This document shows, one piece after another, positions 50,832 to 61,588 of a stretch of 64,000 nucleotides of DNA. The stretch is taken from NCBI GenBank assembly GCA_963753595.1, contig CAVWCX010000022.1, positions 11,821 to 75,820 on the forward strand, given 5' to 3'. The stretch's first letter is position 1, and every line of letters begins with the position of its first letter. The notes under the pieces are model-generated. The model saw nothing but the letters and a program-made list of their open reading frames with translations, had not been told where the DNA came from and did no database searches. The translations under genes were made by a program, and so were the position numbers. Source of the stretch: Candidatus Methanoperedenaceae archaeon. GTDB taxonomy: Archaea > Halobacteriota > Methanosarcinia > Methanosarcinales > Methanoperedenaceae.

Positions 50832-51434
50832 TTATCTTATAAAATCACTTGTATTGAATGGCATTTCCCTGGGTTTTTCATTTGTTGCAACCTCTGTAAC
50901 AGTGGCTGTTGGTGTTATAGCTCCAGTACTTGAACCTACAAGTAATACTGAAGAACCTCCGACATTCCCGGCAGCCCTTTCCTGGTCTTTGAATGTACCT
51001 CTGAAAGTGTAAGAACCTGCTGATTCGGGGGCTGTCAAAGTATAAGCAATGCTGACGCTGCCGATATTTATGAACGTCCAGACATTGCCGACGTTAGTGG
51101 CCATTCCTGCCGTATTGGCAATTAGATTAAATCCTGCTGGGATTGTTTCTATCACCATATAACCAGGCGATTCGAAAAGTGTTGAAGGTGAGGGTGTCAA
51201 AGTAATGGTAAAGATACTTCCTGGTTGTATTGTTGATGCTGAAAATATTCTTGTTACAGTTCCAGCGCTGGTTTCTGAAGGAGTAATTGAAGGCGTCGCT
51301 ACAGGCTCTATTGGTGTTTCAACGCACCCGCTGAGTAATATTGTCAAGAATACCAGCAATATCATACCGATTTTCATTCCAGGATGCATCATCCGGAAAC
51401 GTACATAAAATCCCCTCATAAACATTACTTTCAT
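50832..51434 (-). CDS. Putative lipoprotein/surface protein
   Basis: LLSGC lipobox, Thr/Pro-rich linkers, beta-rich domain. Confidence 0.7.
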   Translation of the reverse strand: MKVMFMRGFYVRFRMMHPGMKIGMILLVFLTILLSGCVETPIEPVATPSITPSETSAGTVTRIFSASTIQPGSIFTITLTPSPSTLFESPGYMVIETIPAGFNLIANTAGMATNVGNVWTFINIGSVSIAYTLTAPESAGSYTFRGTFKDQERAAGNVGGSSVLLVGSSTGAITPTATVTEVATNEKPREMPFNTSDFIR

Positions 51435-51494
51435 CCTGATCGATATATATAGATTTGTTTAAGAGGAAATTTTTTGGGAAAAGACGATCGCAGA

Positions 51495-51716
51495 TTAAAA
51501 CCCTCGCTCAAGTCTGATCGCTTTTGGCCTGCAGTTTGTCACACATGTTGTGCATCCTATGCAGAAGCTCTTATCCAGTACTTCTGCTGCCTTCTTTCCA
51601 TTTTTTTCAATAAGCCTGTAAATCCTTGGCCCTTTCGGGCAAACCCTTATACATTCCCCGCATCCCGTGCATTTTTCTTCATCAATGAATATATCTATCA
51701 TGTTGGAACATTCCAA
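51495..51716 (-). CDS. 2x[4Fe-4S] ferredoxin
   Basis: [12 protein letters not shown] and [11 protein letters not shown]. Confidence 0.93.
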   Translation of the reverse strand: MECSNMIDIFIDEEKCTGCGECIRVCPKGPRIYRLIEKNGKKAAEVLDKSFCIGCTTCVTNCRPKAIRLERGF

Positions 51717-51751
51717 GCACTTATATAAGCAATAATACTAAATTAAAGCGC

Positions 51752-52852
51752 ATGTCTGGAAATACTTTTGGTACACTTTTTCGGATGACAACCTGGGGTG
51801 AGAGCCACGGCCCTGCCGTAGGTGTTGTTGTTGACGGCTGCCCGGCCGGTCTTTTGATTGATGAGTCTGATATCCAGAAGGAATTAAACCGCAGGCGTCC
51901 AGGGCAAAGCGATATAACGACCCCGCGTAAAGAAGAGGATAAGGCCCGGATATTATCCGGGGTATTTCTGGGAAAGACCACTGGTGCGCCGATATCGATA
52001 ATTGTGCGAAATAATGATGTTGATTCAAGCAAATACGAGACGCTTCGTGACACTCCCCGCCCTGGACATGCGGATCTTACTTATGAATTAAAGTATGGAT
52101 ACCGCGACTGGCGGGGAGGAGGGAGGTCATCAGCGCGTGAAACAACAGGGCGTGTTGCAGCTGGTGCCATTGCTAAGAAAATCCTTGGTATGAATGGCAT
52201 TGAAGTGTTGGGTCATGTAGTTGAGCTTGGAGGTATTCGTGCAAAGACCGTGGATATTGAACATATCCGTGAAAATACGGAAAAAAACCCGGTAAGATGC
52301 GCGGATATGGATGCGGCTTTGCAAATGGAAGCAATGATCCATGCCGCCAGAAGCGAAGGCGATAGTGTAGGCGGAATCGTTGAAATTATTGGCCTTGGTG
52401 TCCCTCCGGGTGTGGGTGAGCCTGTTTTCGATAAGCTCAGTGCTGAACTTGCAAAAGGATTAATGAGTATCGGGGCTGTGAAAGGCATAGAGATTGGCCT
52501 GGGATTTAAGAGTTCAAATATAAGAGGCAGCCAGATGAATGATCCGATCGGGATGCGGGATGGTAAACCAAAGCCTCTCACAAATAATGCAGGAGGTATC
52601 CTTGGCGGGATAAGCAATGGTGAGCCTATTGTTTGCAGGATCGCTGTGAAGCCTACTCCGTCGATCTCAAAGGAACAGCGCACAGTTGACCTGGGCGCTA
52701 TGAAGGATACCCGAATAAAGATAACAGGCCGCCATGACCCCTCCATTCCGCCGCGCATCGTGCCTGTCGCAGAAGCAATGGTGGCGCTTGTGCTTGTTGA
52801 TATGATGATGAAAGGCGGGTTCATAAGAACGTCTGCAATGGGACAATTATGA
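51752..52852 (+). CDS. aroC: Chorismate synthase
   Basis: [32 protein letters not shown]. Confidence 0.97.
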   Translation: MSGNTFGTLFRMTTWGESHGPAVGVVVDGCPAGLLIDESDIQKELNRRRPGQSDITTPRKEEDKARILSGVFLGKTTGAPISIIVRNNDVDSSKYETLRDTPRPGHADLTYELKYGYRDWRGGGRSSARETTGRVAAGAIAKKILGMNGIEVLGHVVELGGIRAKTVDIEHIRENTEKNPVRCADMDAALQMEAMIHAARSEGDSVGGIVEIIGLGVPPGVGEPVFDKLSAELAKGLMSIGAVKGIEIGLGFKSSNIRGSQMNDPIGMRDGKPKPLTNNAGGILGGISNGEPIVCRIAVKPTPSISKEQRTVDLGAMKDTRIKITGRHDPSIPPRIVPVAEAMVALVLVDMMMKGGFIRTSAMGQL

Positions 52853-52859
52853 CAGATTT

Positions 52860-53076
52860 TAAACCGCAAAGTTCGCAAAGAACGCAAAGCTCATCAATCA
52901 CGGCGACCTTGTATGAAAGAGAGCAGCAACAGCGACTTGGCACACAGATGACACGGATCAGAAGGATTTTCACGGATTCATGGGCATCCGCGTCAACCGT
53001 TGCGCCAGTTGACGTAGCCCACACGTATGGCTCTCGCCATACGTGGAGATCCGCCTTCCAGCGAAATCCATCTGCG
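52860..53076. repeat. REP-like intergenic element with 9-nt-period units
   Basis: cgcaaagttcgcaaagaacgcaaag; cacagatgacacggat..cacggat; ccatctgcg; units shared with the 44867/46122 repeats. Confidence 0.6.
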
Positions 53077-53126
53077 ATTAATTTATTTTTAAAATTTTTC
53101 GATACTAATTCAGGAGAAAGCTATTC

Positions 53127-54740
53127 ATGAAATTCAATCCCGACGAGATAAAAGAAGCAACAAAGAAAGATTTTGATGCTGCATGGAACGAAGGCAAAAA
53201 ATACGTTCCAAATCCCGGCATCAATGAAAAATACCCGCGCACATCATTGAAATACGGTAAACCACACCCGGTTTTTGATACCATACAGAAACTGCGTGAA
53301 GCATATATGAGAATGGGTTTTGAAGAATTCATGAACCCGATAATAGTGGAAGACAGGGATATCCACAAACAGTTCGGATATGAGGCGCTTGCCGTTCTTG
53401 ACCGCTGCTTCTACATAGGCGGGCTTCCGAGACCTAACGTGGGGATATCCGATGAAAGAATAATCCAGATAAAAAATATCCTCGGGGACATTGGTGATGA
53501 GGGTGTGGAAAAGATAAGGCTGATCCTTCATTCCTATAAAAAAGGTGAGATAGAGGGAGATGATCTTGTTCCCGAAATGGCCGCGGGATTAAAAGTTGTT
53601 GGTTCAAAAGTGGCCGTAATGATAGACCATGTATTCCCTGAATTCAAGTCACTTGTTCCAGTATCTTCCCAGAATACACTCCGAAGCCACATGACATCAG
53701 GCTGGTTTATCAGTCTAGGCGAGATGGGTGATTACAGAAAAGTTCCGCTTCGGCTTTTTTCCGTGGACAGGGTATTCAGGCGCGAACAGGCCGAAGATGC
53801 CACGCGGCTTATGGCTTATTATTCGGCATCATGCGTCATGATGGATGAGAACGTAAGTGTAGAGGATGGAAAGGCCGTAGCTGCAGGGCTTCTTTCGCAA
53901 TTTGGTTTTTCTAATTTCACTTTCAGGCCTGATGAAAAGAGAAGTAAATATTATATCCCCGATACACAGACAGAGGTGTTTGCTTATCATCCTAAGCTTG
54001 TTGGTTCAAAGACAAAATACAAGGACGGCTGGGTTGAAGTTGCAACATTCGGGATTTATTCACCATCTGCCCTCTCACAGTACAATATCCCTTATCCTGT
54101 GATGAATTTAGGGATGGGGGTTGAGCGCCTTGCAATGATATTGCACGATTCTACTGATGTCCGCGCCTTGACATATCCGCAGTTCCAGTACAAGACCAAC
54201 TGGGTCATGTCAGATAGTGAAATAGCATCAATGATCTATGTCGAGAATGTGCCGGTGACTGAAACAGGAAAAGAGATACAGGCAGCGATTGTCAGGACCT
54301 GTGAGCAGTATGGGAATACGATCAGCCCCTGTGAGTTCACAGCATGGGAAGGGCAGTTGTCCGGGAAGAATATCCTGGTCAAGGTCATTGAGCCTGAGGA
54401 AAATACAAAGCTTTGCGGACCAGCTGCTATGAATGAGGTGATTTCTTACAGGAACGACATCCTTGGATTACCGAGAATTTCAAAGTGGGATGAGGCGTTC
54501 AAGAACGGTGTCACTTCCGGCATAAGATATATTGATGCATTCGCGGCGCGCTGTGCAAAGGAGATAGAGGTTGCGGCAAATAACGGCAGCACCTCTGAAA
54601 CAAGAGCCAGGATCATCAAAGTGCCGTCTGAGATAAATATTATGATAGACCCGATAGCACAGCGGTATATAACAGGATTACAGAAAAAAATTGATACAAG
54701 AGGACCTGTATTTACAACAGTAAAGATGGAGATTGTTTAA
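53127..54740 (+). CDS. sepS: O-phosphoseryl-tRNA(Cys) synthetase
   Basis: QFGYEALAVLDRCFY, LRSHMTSGWF, FRREQ, NLGMGVERLAM. Confidence 0.96.
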   Translation: MKFNPDEIKEATKKDFDAAWNEGKKYVPNPGINEKYPRTSLKYGKPHPVFDTIQKLREAYMRMGFEEFMNPIIVEDRDIHKQFGYEALAVLDRCFYIGGLPRPNVGISDERIIQIKNILGDIGDEGVEKIRLILHSYKKGEIEGDDLVPEMAAGLKVVGSKVAVMIDHVFPEFKSLVPVSSQNTLRSHMTSGWFISLGEMGDYRKVPLRLFSVDRVFRREQAEDATRLMAYYSASCVMMDENVSVEDGKAVAAGLLSQFGFSNFTFRPDEKRSKYYIPDTQTEVFAYHPKLVGSKTKYKDGWVEVATFGIYSPSALSQYNIPYPVMNLGMGVERLAMILHDSTDVRALTYPQFQYKTNWVMSDSEIASMIYVENVPVTETGKEIQAAIVRTCEQYGNTISPCEFTAWEGQLSGKNILVKVIEPEENTKLCGPAAMNEVISYRNDILGLPRISKWDEAFKNGVTSGIRYIDAFAARCAKEIEVAANNGSTSETRARIIKVPSEINIMIDPIAQRYITGLQKKIDTRGPVFTTVKMEIV

Positions 54741-55592
54741 ATGAAGCAAGCTGGATATGCCTGTGCATATGGCGCAGGAACAATAATCAATGCGATTTCC
54801 ACATGGAAAGGCGCTGCATTTGGTATTGAGTTAAAAACCGAAGCCGAGGTAATACTTACAGATGATAAGAAAATAACCGGCTACATGGAAGAAGGCGGGG
54901 ACACAACCCTTATCGAGCGAAGTGTTGAACTTACACTTTCGCGCTTTGGTTCTAAAAACGGCGCCAAAGTGGCAACAAAATCCCAGATACCCATAGCAAG
55001 CGGGCTTAAGAGCTCAAGTGCTGCCGCAAATGCCTCAGTTCTTGCCACTCTTGATGCGCTTGGCGAAAAGCTTGAACCTCTTGAAGTGATCAAAATTGGC
55101 GTGCAGGCAGCGCTTGACGCTAAAGTTACCATAACAGGGGCTTTTGATGATGCCTGCGCCTCTATGCTGGGAGGATTTGTAATTACTGACAACAAGAAGA
55201 AAGAGCTGTTAAAACGAGAAGAGCGGGATTCACAGGTGCTGATACTGGCCCCTGGAAAAAGAGTATTAAGCTCCGGCACAAATGTAATGCGTTCACGGCT
55301 TATTGGAAAATGGGTTGAAATGGCATATAAGGAAGCAATTTCCGGAAATTATGAGAAGGCCATGACCCTCAACGGTTTCCTGTACTGCGCAGCCCTTGGC
55401 TTCAGCACCGAGCCCATGATGGCAGCCCTTGAAGTTGGTATCGAGGGTGTAAGCATCTCAGGAACAGGACCTGCCTATACAGCTCTTGGAAGTCCTGAGT
55501 TGCTTGATAAACTCGAAAAAGTATGGGGGCAAATGGACGGAAAAGTGATAAGGACAAAAGTCAATAATAGCGGTGGAAAAGCATGCCGTTAA
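54741..55592 (+). CDS. aroK: Archaeal shikimate kinase (GHMP family)
   Basis: PIASGLKSSSAA, TGAFDDACAS, SGTGP. Confidence 0.95.
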   Translation: MKQAGYACAYGAGTIINAISTWKGAAFGIELKTEAEVILTDDKKITGYMEEGGDTTLIERSVELTLSRFGSKNGAKVATKSQIPIASGLKSSSAAANASVLATLDALGEKLEPLEVIKIGVQAALDAKVTITGAFDDACASMLGGFVITDNKKKELLKREERDSQVLILAPGKRVLSSGTNVMRSRLIGKWVEMAYKEAISGNYEKAMTLNGFLYCAALGFSTEPMMAALEVGIEGVSISGTGPAYTALGSPELLDKLEKVWGQMDGKVIRTKVNNSGGKACR

Positions 55593-55867
55593 AAGAGATA
55601 AGGGCAAAAATAGAAAAAATCGACGCACAGATAGTAAATCTTATCGACCAGCGAACGGCTCTGGCAAAGGATGTGCTTGATGCTAAAAAGGCGCAGAACA
55701 TTCCGATCAATGATTCACTACAGAATAAAGTAGTGCTCGAAAGGGTAGCGAACATGGCGACTGAGAGGGGATTGGATGGCGAGGAAGTAAAGAGGATATT
55801 TGAGATATTGATCAAGATGAATATCGAGCGCCAGCATGAGATGAGCGGGGAAGGGAATTTGCCGTGA
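55583..55867 (+). CDS. Chorismate mutase (AroQ type)
   Basis: IRAKIEKIDAQIVNLIDQR; context next to aroK. Confidence 0.9.
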   Translation: MPLKEIRAKIEKIDAQIVNLIDQRTALAKDVLDAKKAQNIPINDSLQNKVVLERVANMATERGLDGEEVKRIFEILIKMNIERQHEMSGEGNLP

Positions 55868-55931
55868 TAGCCAAACAGTCTAAAATTTCTCCAGAGTAAA
55901 AATCCAAAAAAATGAAAATTTTGAAGTTATT

Positions 55932-57409
55932 TCAACTTCTTAAATAAGCTCTCACTACTTTTACTGCATCCTCCTTCGTTATCAAGTAATTAAAGTAGCT
56001 TTAACTGCTTCATCACGTTGAACAATTCCATCCGAACCCGCATATTGCGAGACAATGTCTACTGTGTCCATTCGAAAAATCTCAAGACCATTAGTTTCAT
56101 CAGCCACATATGCATAGTTTCCCGCCACTGCCACTCCATATGAAGTTCCGACGGTATTATAGCTACCTTTCAATGTGGGGGCTGCTGGATTTGTCACATC
56201 AACGATCAAAAGACCATTATCCACATCAACCACATATGCGTAGTTTCCCGCCACTGCCACCCCATTTGAATGTCCAGAGGTCTCGTAGCTGCCTTTTAAA
56301 GTTGGCGCTGCCGGATTGCTCACATCAAGGATCACAAGATCATAGCTGTTAGACACATATGCATAGTTCCCTGACAGCGCCACTTCCATTGAAATCCCGG
56401 GTGTCTCGTAGCTGCCTTTTAAAGTTGGCGCTGCTGGATCACTCACATCAACGATCACAAGTGTAAAATAATCATCAGCCACATATGCATAGTTTCCCGC
56501 CACTACCACTCCAAATGAATTCCCGGGTGTATCGTAGTGGCCCTTTAAGGTAGGTGCTGCTGGATTTGTCACATCAACGATCAAAAAACCATTATCATAA
56601 TCAGCGACATATACATAGTTAATGAATTCCCGGGTGTATCGTAGTGGCCCTTTAAAGTTGGCGCTGCCGGATTGCTCACATCAAGGATTACAAGACCATT
56701 AGAACCATCACCCAAATATGCGTAGTTTTCCGCCACTGCCACTCCAAATGAATTCCCGGCGGTATCGTAATGGCCCTTTAATGTAGGTGCTGTTGGATTG
56801 GTTACATCAACGATAACAAGACCTCTGGAACCATCAGCCACATATGCATAGTTACCCGTCAGTGCCACTCCAAACGAATTTCCTGTGGTATCGTAGGTAC
56901 CTTTTAACGTGGGAGCTACTGGATTGGTCACATCAATGATAACAATACCATTAGAACCATCAGCCAGATATGTATAATTATTTGCCCCCACCACTCCATA
57001 CGAATACCCGGAGGTATTGTATCTGCTTTTTAGAGTGGGTGCTGCTGGATTGCTTATATCAACGATCACAAGACCATTAATATAATCAGCCACATATGCA
57101 TAGTTTCCAACCAGCGTTACTCCCCTAAAATACTTGGTAATGAGGTTGCCTTCTAAAGTGGGATTTGCCGGATCGCTCACATCAACTATCACAAGACCAT
57201 TATCCCAATCAGCCACATATGCATAGTTTCCGGCCACCGACACTCCGTATGAAGCCCCGGCAGTATCATAATGGCCCTTTAAGGTAGGTGCTGCTGGATT
57301 GGTCACATCAATGATCGCAAGACCATTATCCCAATCAGCCACATATGCATAGTGTCCCACCACTGCCAATCCCTGTGAATTTCCGGTGGTATCGTAGCTG
57401 CCTTTTAAA
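55932..57409 (-). pseudogene. LVIVD-repeat surface protein, 3' fragment (about ten ~42-aa repeats) with further frameshifts
   Basis: Begins at the IS junction TTTAAA; frame breaks near 56620 and 56000; the true end reads YFNYLITKEDAVKVVRAYLRS*. Confidence 0.92.
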
Positions 57410-58951
57410 CCTTAACTCCGCCCAATTTGTGTAATATTTTTTAGAAAACTGTCAACACATACCGTAATCTTTATATATTTGTATTACGTATATACGTAAT
57501 ATTATGACTCATCCGGATTGGGTATTGAAACACAAAACAAAAGGGACAGAAATAAGAAAACTCGGAAAGTACTATTATCTCTACAAAATCAGAAGCGAAT
57601 ATGACAAAGAAAAGAAACGGGCCAAAAAGATCACAGAAAAATTTCTTGGCAAAATAACAGAAGAAGGACTCATAAAACCAAAACATGAAAGGACAATAGA
57701 ATCACGGAAAAATATTAGTGTAAAAGAGTTTGGAGCATCACGATTCATAGCTAATGAATCAAAAGATATCATCCAAAACCTGAAAGAAGTGTTTCCAGAT
57801 ATATGGAAGGAGATATTCACATTCGCAGCATTTCGTTTTTTCTCATCATCACCACTAAAGAATGTTCAAAATCATTACCAGAGTTCTTACTTATCTGACA
57901 TCATACCCGATGCAAAAGTATCTCCCAAGACACTTAGCAACATACTTCACGCAATAGGGCAGCAAAGAGATCTTATCAAGAAATTCCTGTCAAAATACAT
58001 AGCACAAGATGAATGTATGGCGGTTGATCTCACACATGTTTTCTCTCTTTCAGAAAATGTGATATCAGCTACTTTAGGTCGAAATTCAGAAAGGAACTAC
58101 CTCCCGCAAATAAATCTTTTTTTGCTTTTTTCACTTGATCGAATGCAGCCGATATTTTATAGACTTGTTCCCGGTTCGATAAGGGACGTTTCCAGTTTGC
58201 TTTTATCCATGGAAGAATCGAAGGTGAAGGACATTATTTTGGTGGGAGACAAGGGTTTCTATTCTGCAGACAATGCGAAAGAATTGGAAACAAAGAAAAT
58301 AAGGTATATTTTACCTCTGAAAAGGAATAGTCAGTTCATCGATTACTCACCTCTAAAACAGGCCGGAAGAAAGCAGTTTGATGGTCATTTTCTTTTTGAG
58401 AACCGAGTGATTTGGCATTATGAACGTGTATTAGATGGGAAAAGGATAGTTACATTCCTGGATAACTTTTTGAAAGTGGAAGAGGAACGTGATTTTTTAA
58501 TAAGGGTGAATGAAGGAAAGCTCAAGATAGAAGAGTTTCATGAAAATGATAGTAAGTTTGGCACAATATCGATAATTACAGGATTGGATTTGTCCCCACA
58601 GAAAATTTTCGAGTTGCTGAAAAGCCGTGTTGAGATCGAGGTTACTTTTGACACATTTAAAAATGTGTTGAATGCAGATCGCAGTTATATGAGAGATGAT
58701 TCCGCAATGGAAGGATGGATGTTTGTGAATTTTGTCGCTCTACTTCTTTATTATAAGGTTTATGGATTGCTACTTTCCAGGGATATTTTAAGCAGATGTT
58801 CACCAAAAGATGTTATTCTACATCTATCAAGAGTGTTCAATGTTAAGATAGGGGATGACTGGGAGATCTCTGAGATTCCTAAAAAGACACGTTTACTTAT
58901 TGAAAAATTGGGGATTGATTTGAGTATTACGTAAAAAAGGGAGAGTTACGG
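57410..58951 (+). mobile_element. 1542-bp IS, copy B (inverted relative to copy A)
   Basis: Same ends as copy A; flanks TTTAAA (57404-57409) and ATTAAT (58952-58957). Confidence 0.95.
57504..58934 (+). CDS. DDE transposase
   Basis: Translation identical to 30342-31772. Confidence 0.95.
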   Translation: MTHPDWVLKHKTKGTEIRKLGKYYYLYKIRSEYDKEKKRAKKITEKFLGKITEEGLIKPKHERTIESRKNISVKEFGASRFIANESKDIIQNLKEVFPDIWKEIFTFAAFRFFSSSPLKNVQNHYQSSYLSDIIPDAKVSPKTLSNILHAIGQQRDLIKKFLSKYIAQDECMAVDLTHVFSLSENVISATLGRNSERNYLPQINLFLLFSLDRMQPIFYRLVPGSIRDVSSLLLSMEESKVKDIILVGDKGFYSADNAKELETKKIRYILPLKRNSQFIDYSPLKQAGRKQFDGHFLFENRVIWHYERVLDGKRIVTFLDNFLKVEEERDFLIRVNEGKLKIEEFHENDSKFGTISIITGLDLSPQKIFELLKSRVEIEVTFDTFKNVLNADRSYMRDDSAMEGWMFVNFVALLLYYKVYGLLLSRDILSRCSPKDVILHLSRVFNVKIGDDWEISEIPKKTRLLIEKLGIDLSIT

Positions 58952-59569
58952 ATTAATAATACCGTAATAATAAGGTGTAAAATACTTTAAGAAGCTGTCA
59001 TCTCCTTGAATGAGAAAGAAAAATAAAATACCCAGGAAAACAATAGACATTATTAAAGAAGTACGATTATTTTCAGACAGAGCTGAAATAAATAAAGAAA
59101 TAGTTATTAAACATCCCAGATAAAGACTTGAAAATCCCCAGAATAGAGCTGCTGTACCTAATTGAATTGCATTATTTGAAAAATACATATATAATAAATT
59201 TATAATTGTAATCGCAAATAAAGCAAATACAAATACCATAAACAAAGCTAAAAATTTGCCCAATACAAATGAAGTCCGATCGATTTTTGAGATAATATAT
59301 CTTATTGAACCGGTTTCCACTTCATTACTGATAATATCAAAAGATGCTAACATAATTAGAAGGGGGCCTAAAAATAAAATAATGAAATAAGAAATTAGAT
59401 AATATGGGATGTCTGCATTACTTTTAAAAAAAAATAAAGATAATATTGATGCACTATAATGGTTTATCACTACAACAAGAAAGATAAAAAATCCACTTAA
59501 TGTATACTTACTCCTTGAACCTCTTAATATTTCATCTTCCCCAATAATTCCTATTTCTGAAAGATTCAT
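58952..59569 (-). pseudogene. ABC-2 permease, 5' fragment cut by IS
   Basis: FDIISNEVETGSIRYIISKIDRTSFVLGKF motif; ends PYYYGIIN at the IS junction. Confidence 0.92.
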
Positions 59570-59582
59570 AAAAGCTTCACCC

Positions 59583-59948
59583 CTATTTACTCTTTCTCAG
59601 ATTATATGTGACAAATGCACTAAACGATCCGATAATTGAAAAAAGACCAATCATGATTACCAAAAAACCGATAAATACACTTGCAACTGCTTTCCCTGAT
59701 CCAAACACAATCTCAGCCTCGGGATCAAATATAGCTATTGCTGTCCAGGCGATTAAATTAGATATGATTGTCGAAATAAATGCGTATCTGATTGGATTAT
59801 TATCTATCAGTGAGCCAATGGTTATACCAACGAGAATTGCGCTTATGGTCCCCCGGGAAATCGTTCCGGAAATATTTAATAATTCAAGTATGTCGAAAAT
59901 TACAAGGCCGAGTATTATCCCAATTATCAATACTTTTTCATTTTTCAT
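59583..59948 (-). CDS. Small 4-TM membrane protein
   Basis: Hydrophobic, Gly-rich helices. Confidence 0.7.
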   Translation of the reverse strand: MKNEKVLIIGIILGLVIFDILELLNISGTISRGTISAILVGITIGSLIDNNPIRYAFISTIISNLIAWTAIAIFDPEAEIVFGSGKAVASVFIGFLVIMIGLFSIIGSFSAFVTYNLRKSK

Positions 59949-59988
59949 ATTTTAGTCTCTTTTATATTTTCTGTTCCTTCATAGATAG

Positions 59989-60567
59989 CTAAAACTTAGA
60001 AGGTATCTCCTGTGAATATGCTTTTTTAAATCGTTCTACTTTATTTTTATGATCTGTTTGGTCCGTAACAGGAAGATCGCCATAGTTGTTTATAACAATA
60101 GTATGCCATCCGTCAATATCATTAAATCTGGTAGCAAACAGATGAGTGTTACCCGGCTCCAGAAGTTTGTCTCCATCCATGAGATCTAACCGATTTACAC
60201 CATTTTTCACTTCGTAGCCGCCATATTGGCTCACTGTGATCATTCCGCTGAGGTTTCCTTTTATATTCTCAACAACCTCAACGCTAAACTGCGTTTGTGG
60301 CGAAAAACCTGGTGTATCGCCAGCTTCAGGTGGTGGAGTGTTTGCGTTATTTCCAGTTTGAGCTATAACCCTACCAATGAATACATTATCTGCAAAACCT
60401 ACTAATTCGCGATCATCGGTAACATTAATTACAGCATCACCACTACTATAGCTGATTTCTCCGCTATTGTATCCATTTGTTTGCATGACCAGGAAACCTG
60501 TGCCGATCAAACCTGCCAGCACTACAAACACAATACTTATTTTTGTTTTTGTTAACATATTTAGCAC
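59989..60567 (-). CDS. Membrane-anchored/exported hypothetical protein
   Basis: N-terminal TM helix, then ELVGFADNVFIGRV..TQFSVEVVENIKG. Confidence 0.75.
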   Translation of the reverse strand: MLNMLTKTKISIVFVVLAGLIGTGFLVMQTNGYNSGEISYSSGDAVINVTDDRELVGFADNVFIGRVIAQTGNNANTPPPEAGDTPGFSPQTQFSVEVVENIKGNLSGMITVSQYGGYEVKNGVNRLDLMDGDKLLEPGNTHLFATRFNDIDGWHTIVINNYGDLPVTDQTDHKNKVERFKKAYSQEIPSKF

Positions 60568-60628
60568 CTACTTATATATTTTTTAGAAATATAAATAATT
60601 ATATCCTCGATATCGTGCGACCATAATG

Positions 60629-60679
60629 CCCTCATCAGGCGCGGCGCTGGCTCTATGGATTTTTAAAGCTTTCATGGCC
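60629..60679 (-). promoter_or_regulatory. Conserved leader motif, short copy
   Basis: 21-nt identity (60632-60652) with 62409-62429, plus shared CCATGAAA and GCTTT..A(G/A)AGC stem. Confidence 0.6.
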
Positions 60680-60700
60680 TGACAAAAAAAATAGGCGAAG

Positions 60701-61192
60701 TCATATTATAGATTCCACCACTCTGATTAATTCTTCTTTACTGATTTTTCCATATACTGAAATATCACTACCTTTCCATGACCAGGAAAGCGTTCTGCCA
60801 AAATCTGAATCCTTGTATCTGGCCTCAACGCCATTGATTTTTACAGTCTCAAATTTTCCATTCGGCGTATAGGCGCTCCTGGTCACATCGTAGACCGATA
60901 GCGTCTCTTCACCTTTCTTATATGTAATTGAAACGCTCTGGGTAGTGTCATATTCAAAAACCGTTACTCTATCAAGAATGTATTTTGCCAAAAAACCCAG
61001 AATTGCTCCAATGATCAATTGAATCGATGAGATAATTGCGATATTCAATCTCGTTGTTGCATTTTGTGATGTGTTCATCAATGATGTTTCCAAGATCATC
61101 CATAGAATCATAAGAATAAATATAATAATTGCATTTTTGATGTTCATTTTCATTAACTCACCTCTTGAAAAAAATTCTGTCGGGATATACAA
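60701..61192 (-). CDS. Hypothetical protein: 2 TM helices fused to a DUF4367-like C-terminus
   Basis: VKINGVEARY..LSWSWKGSDISVYGKISKEELIRVVES. Confidence 0.6.
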   Translation of the reverse strand: MYIPTEFFSRGELMKMNIKNAIIIFILMILWMILETSLMNTSQNATTRLNIAIISSIQLIIGAILGFLAKYILDRVTVFEYDTTQSVSITYKKGEETLSVYDVTRSAYTPNGKFETVKINGVEARYKDSDFGRTLSWSWKGSDISVYGKISKEELIRVVESII

Positions 61193-61197
61193 ATTTC

Positions 61198-61443
61198 TTA
61201 AATAAAATGTATGATTTTTATAATTATATATATCACTATATACACAATAACTGCTTCGATTAACGATACAAGACCTACTCCAATAAATTTTATTAAATTA
61301 AATCCACTTAAATTTATTAAATTAATTATAATAAATAAGATATATATACTGATTAATAATACAGGTTTCCAAATAGACAATATTATTACCTCATATAAAT
61401 ATTGGCTTTGTATAAATCCTATATGTTTAAAAGATTTCTTCAA
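61198..61443 (-). CDS. Small hydrophobic protein or fragment
   Basis: Ile-rich, two TM helices, very AT-rich DNA. Confidence 0.4.
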   Translation of the reverse strand: MKKSFKHIGFIQSQYLYEVIILSIWKPVLLISIYILFIIINLINLSGFNLIKFIGVGLVSLIEAVIVYIVIYIIIKIIHFI

Positions 61444-61588
61444 AGCCTTTTTACTTGTTTAGATGTGACTGTCAATTTGCTATTAATGATATTCGAGCTC
61501 TTATAAAACATTTTTTAGTTCGACATGTGAAAAACGAACCTTCGAAACCTAAATATCGAAATATCAACATGCTGACAATCGCAATAGT

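Noticed and set aside
52849-53130. 93-aa ORF between aroC and sepS (also 44892-45110)
   Set aside because: The translation (PQSSQRTQS, TQMTRIRRIFTD) reflects 9-nt-period repeat DNA and is probably not a protein.
55932-57409. Regular ~126-bp tandem repeats as a CRISPR or non-coding array
   Set aside because: They are in-frame LVIVD protein repeats with no unique spacers.
30325-58951. Composite transposon imported as one unit
   Set aside because: The outer flanks are not a direct repeat, the cargo is core housekeeping genes, and the inner junctions continue genes found outside. An inversion explains all of this.
60629-60679. Canonical hammerhead ribozyme or fluoride riboswitch (CTGATGA)
   Set aside because: There is no NUH cleavage triplet, stems I and II are very short, and the fluoride 5' element is absent. 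Kept only as an unknown motif.
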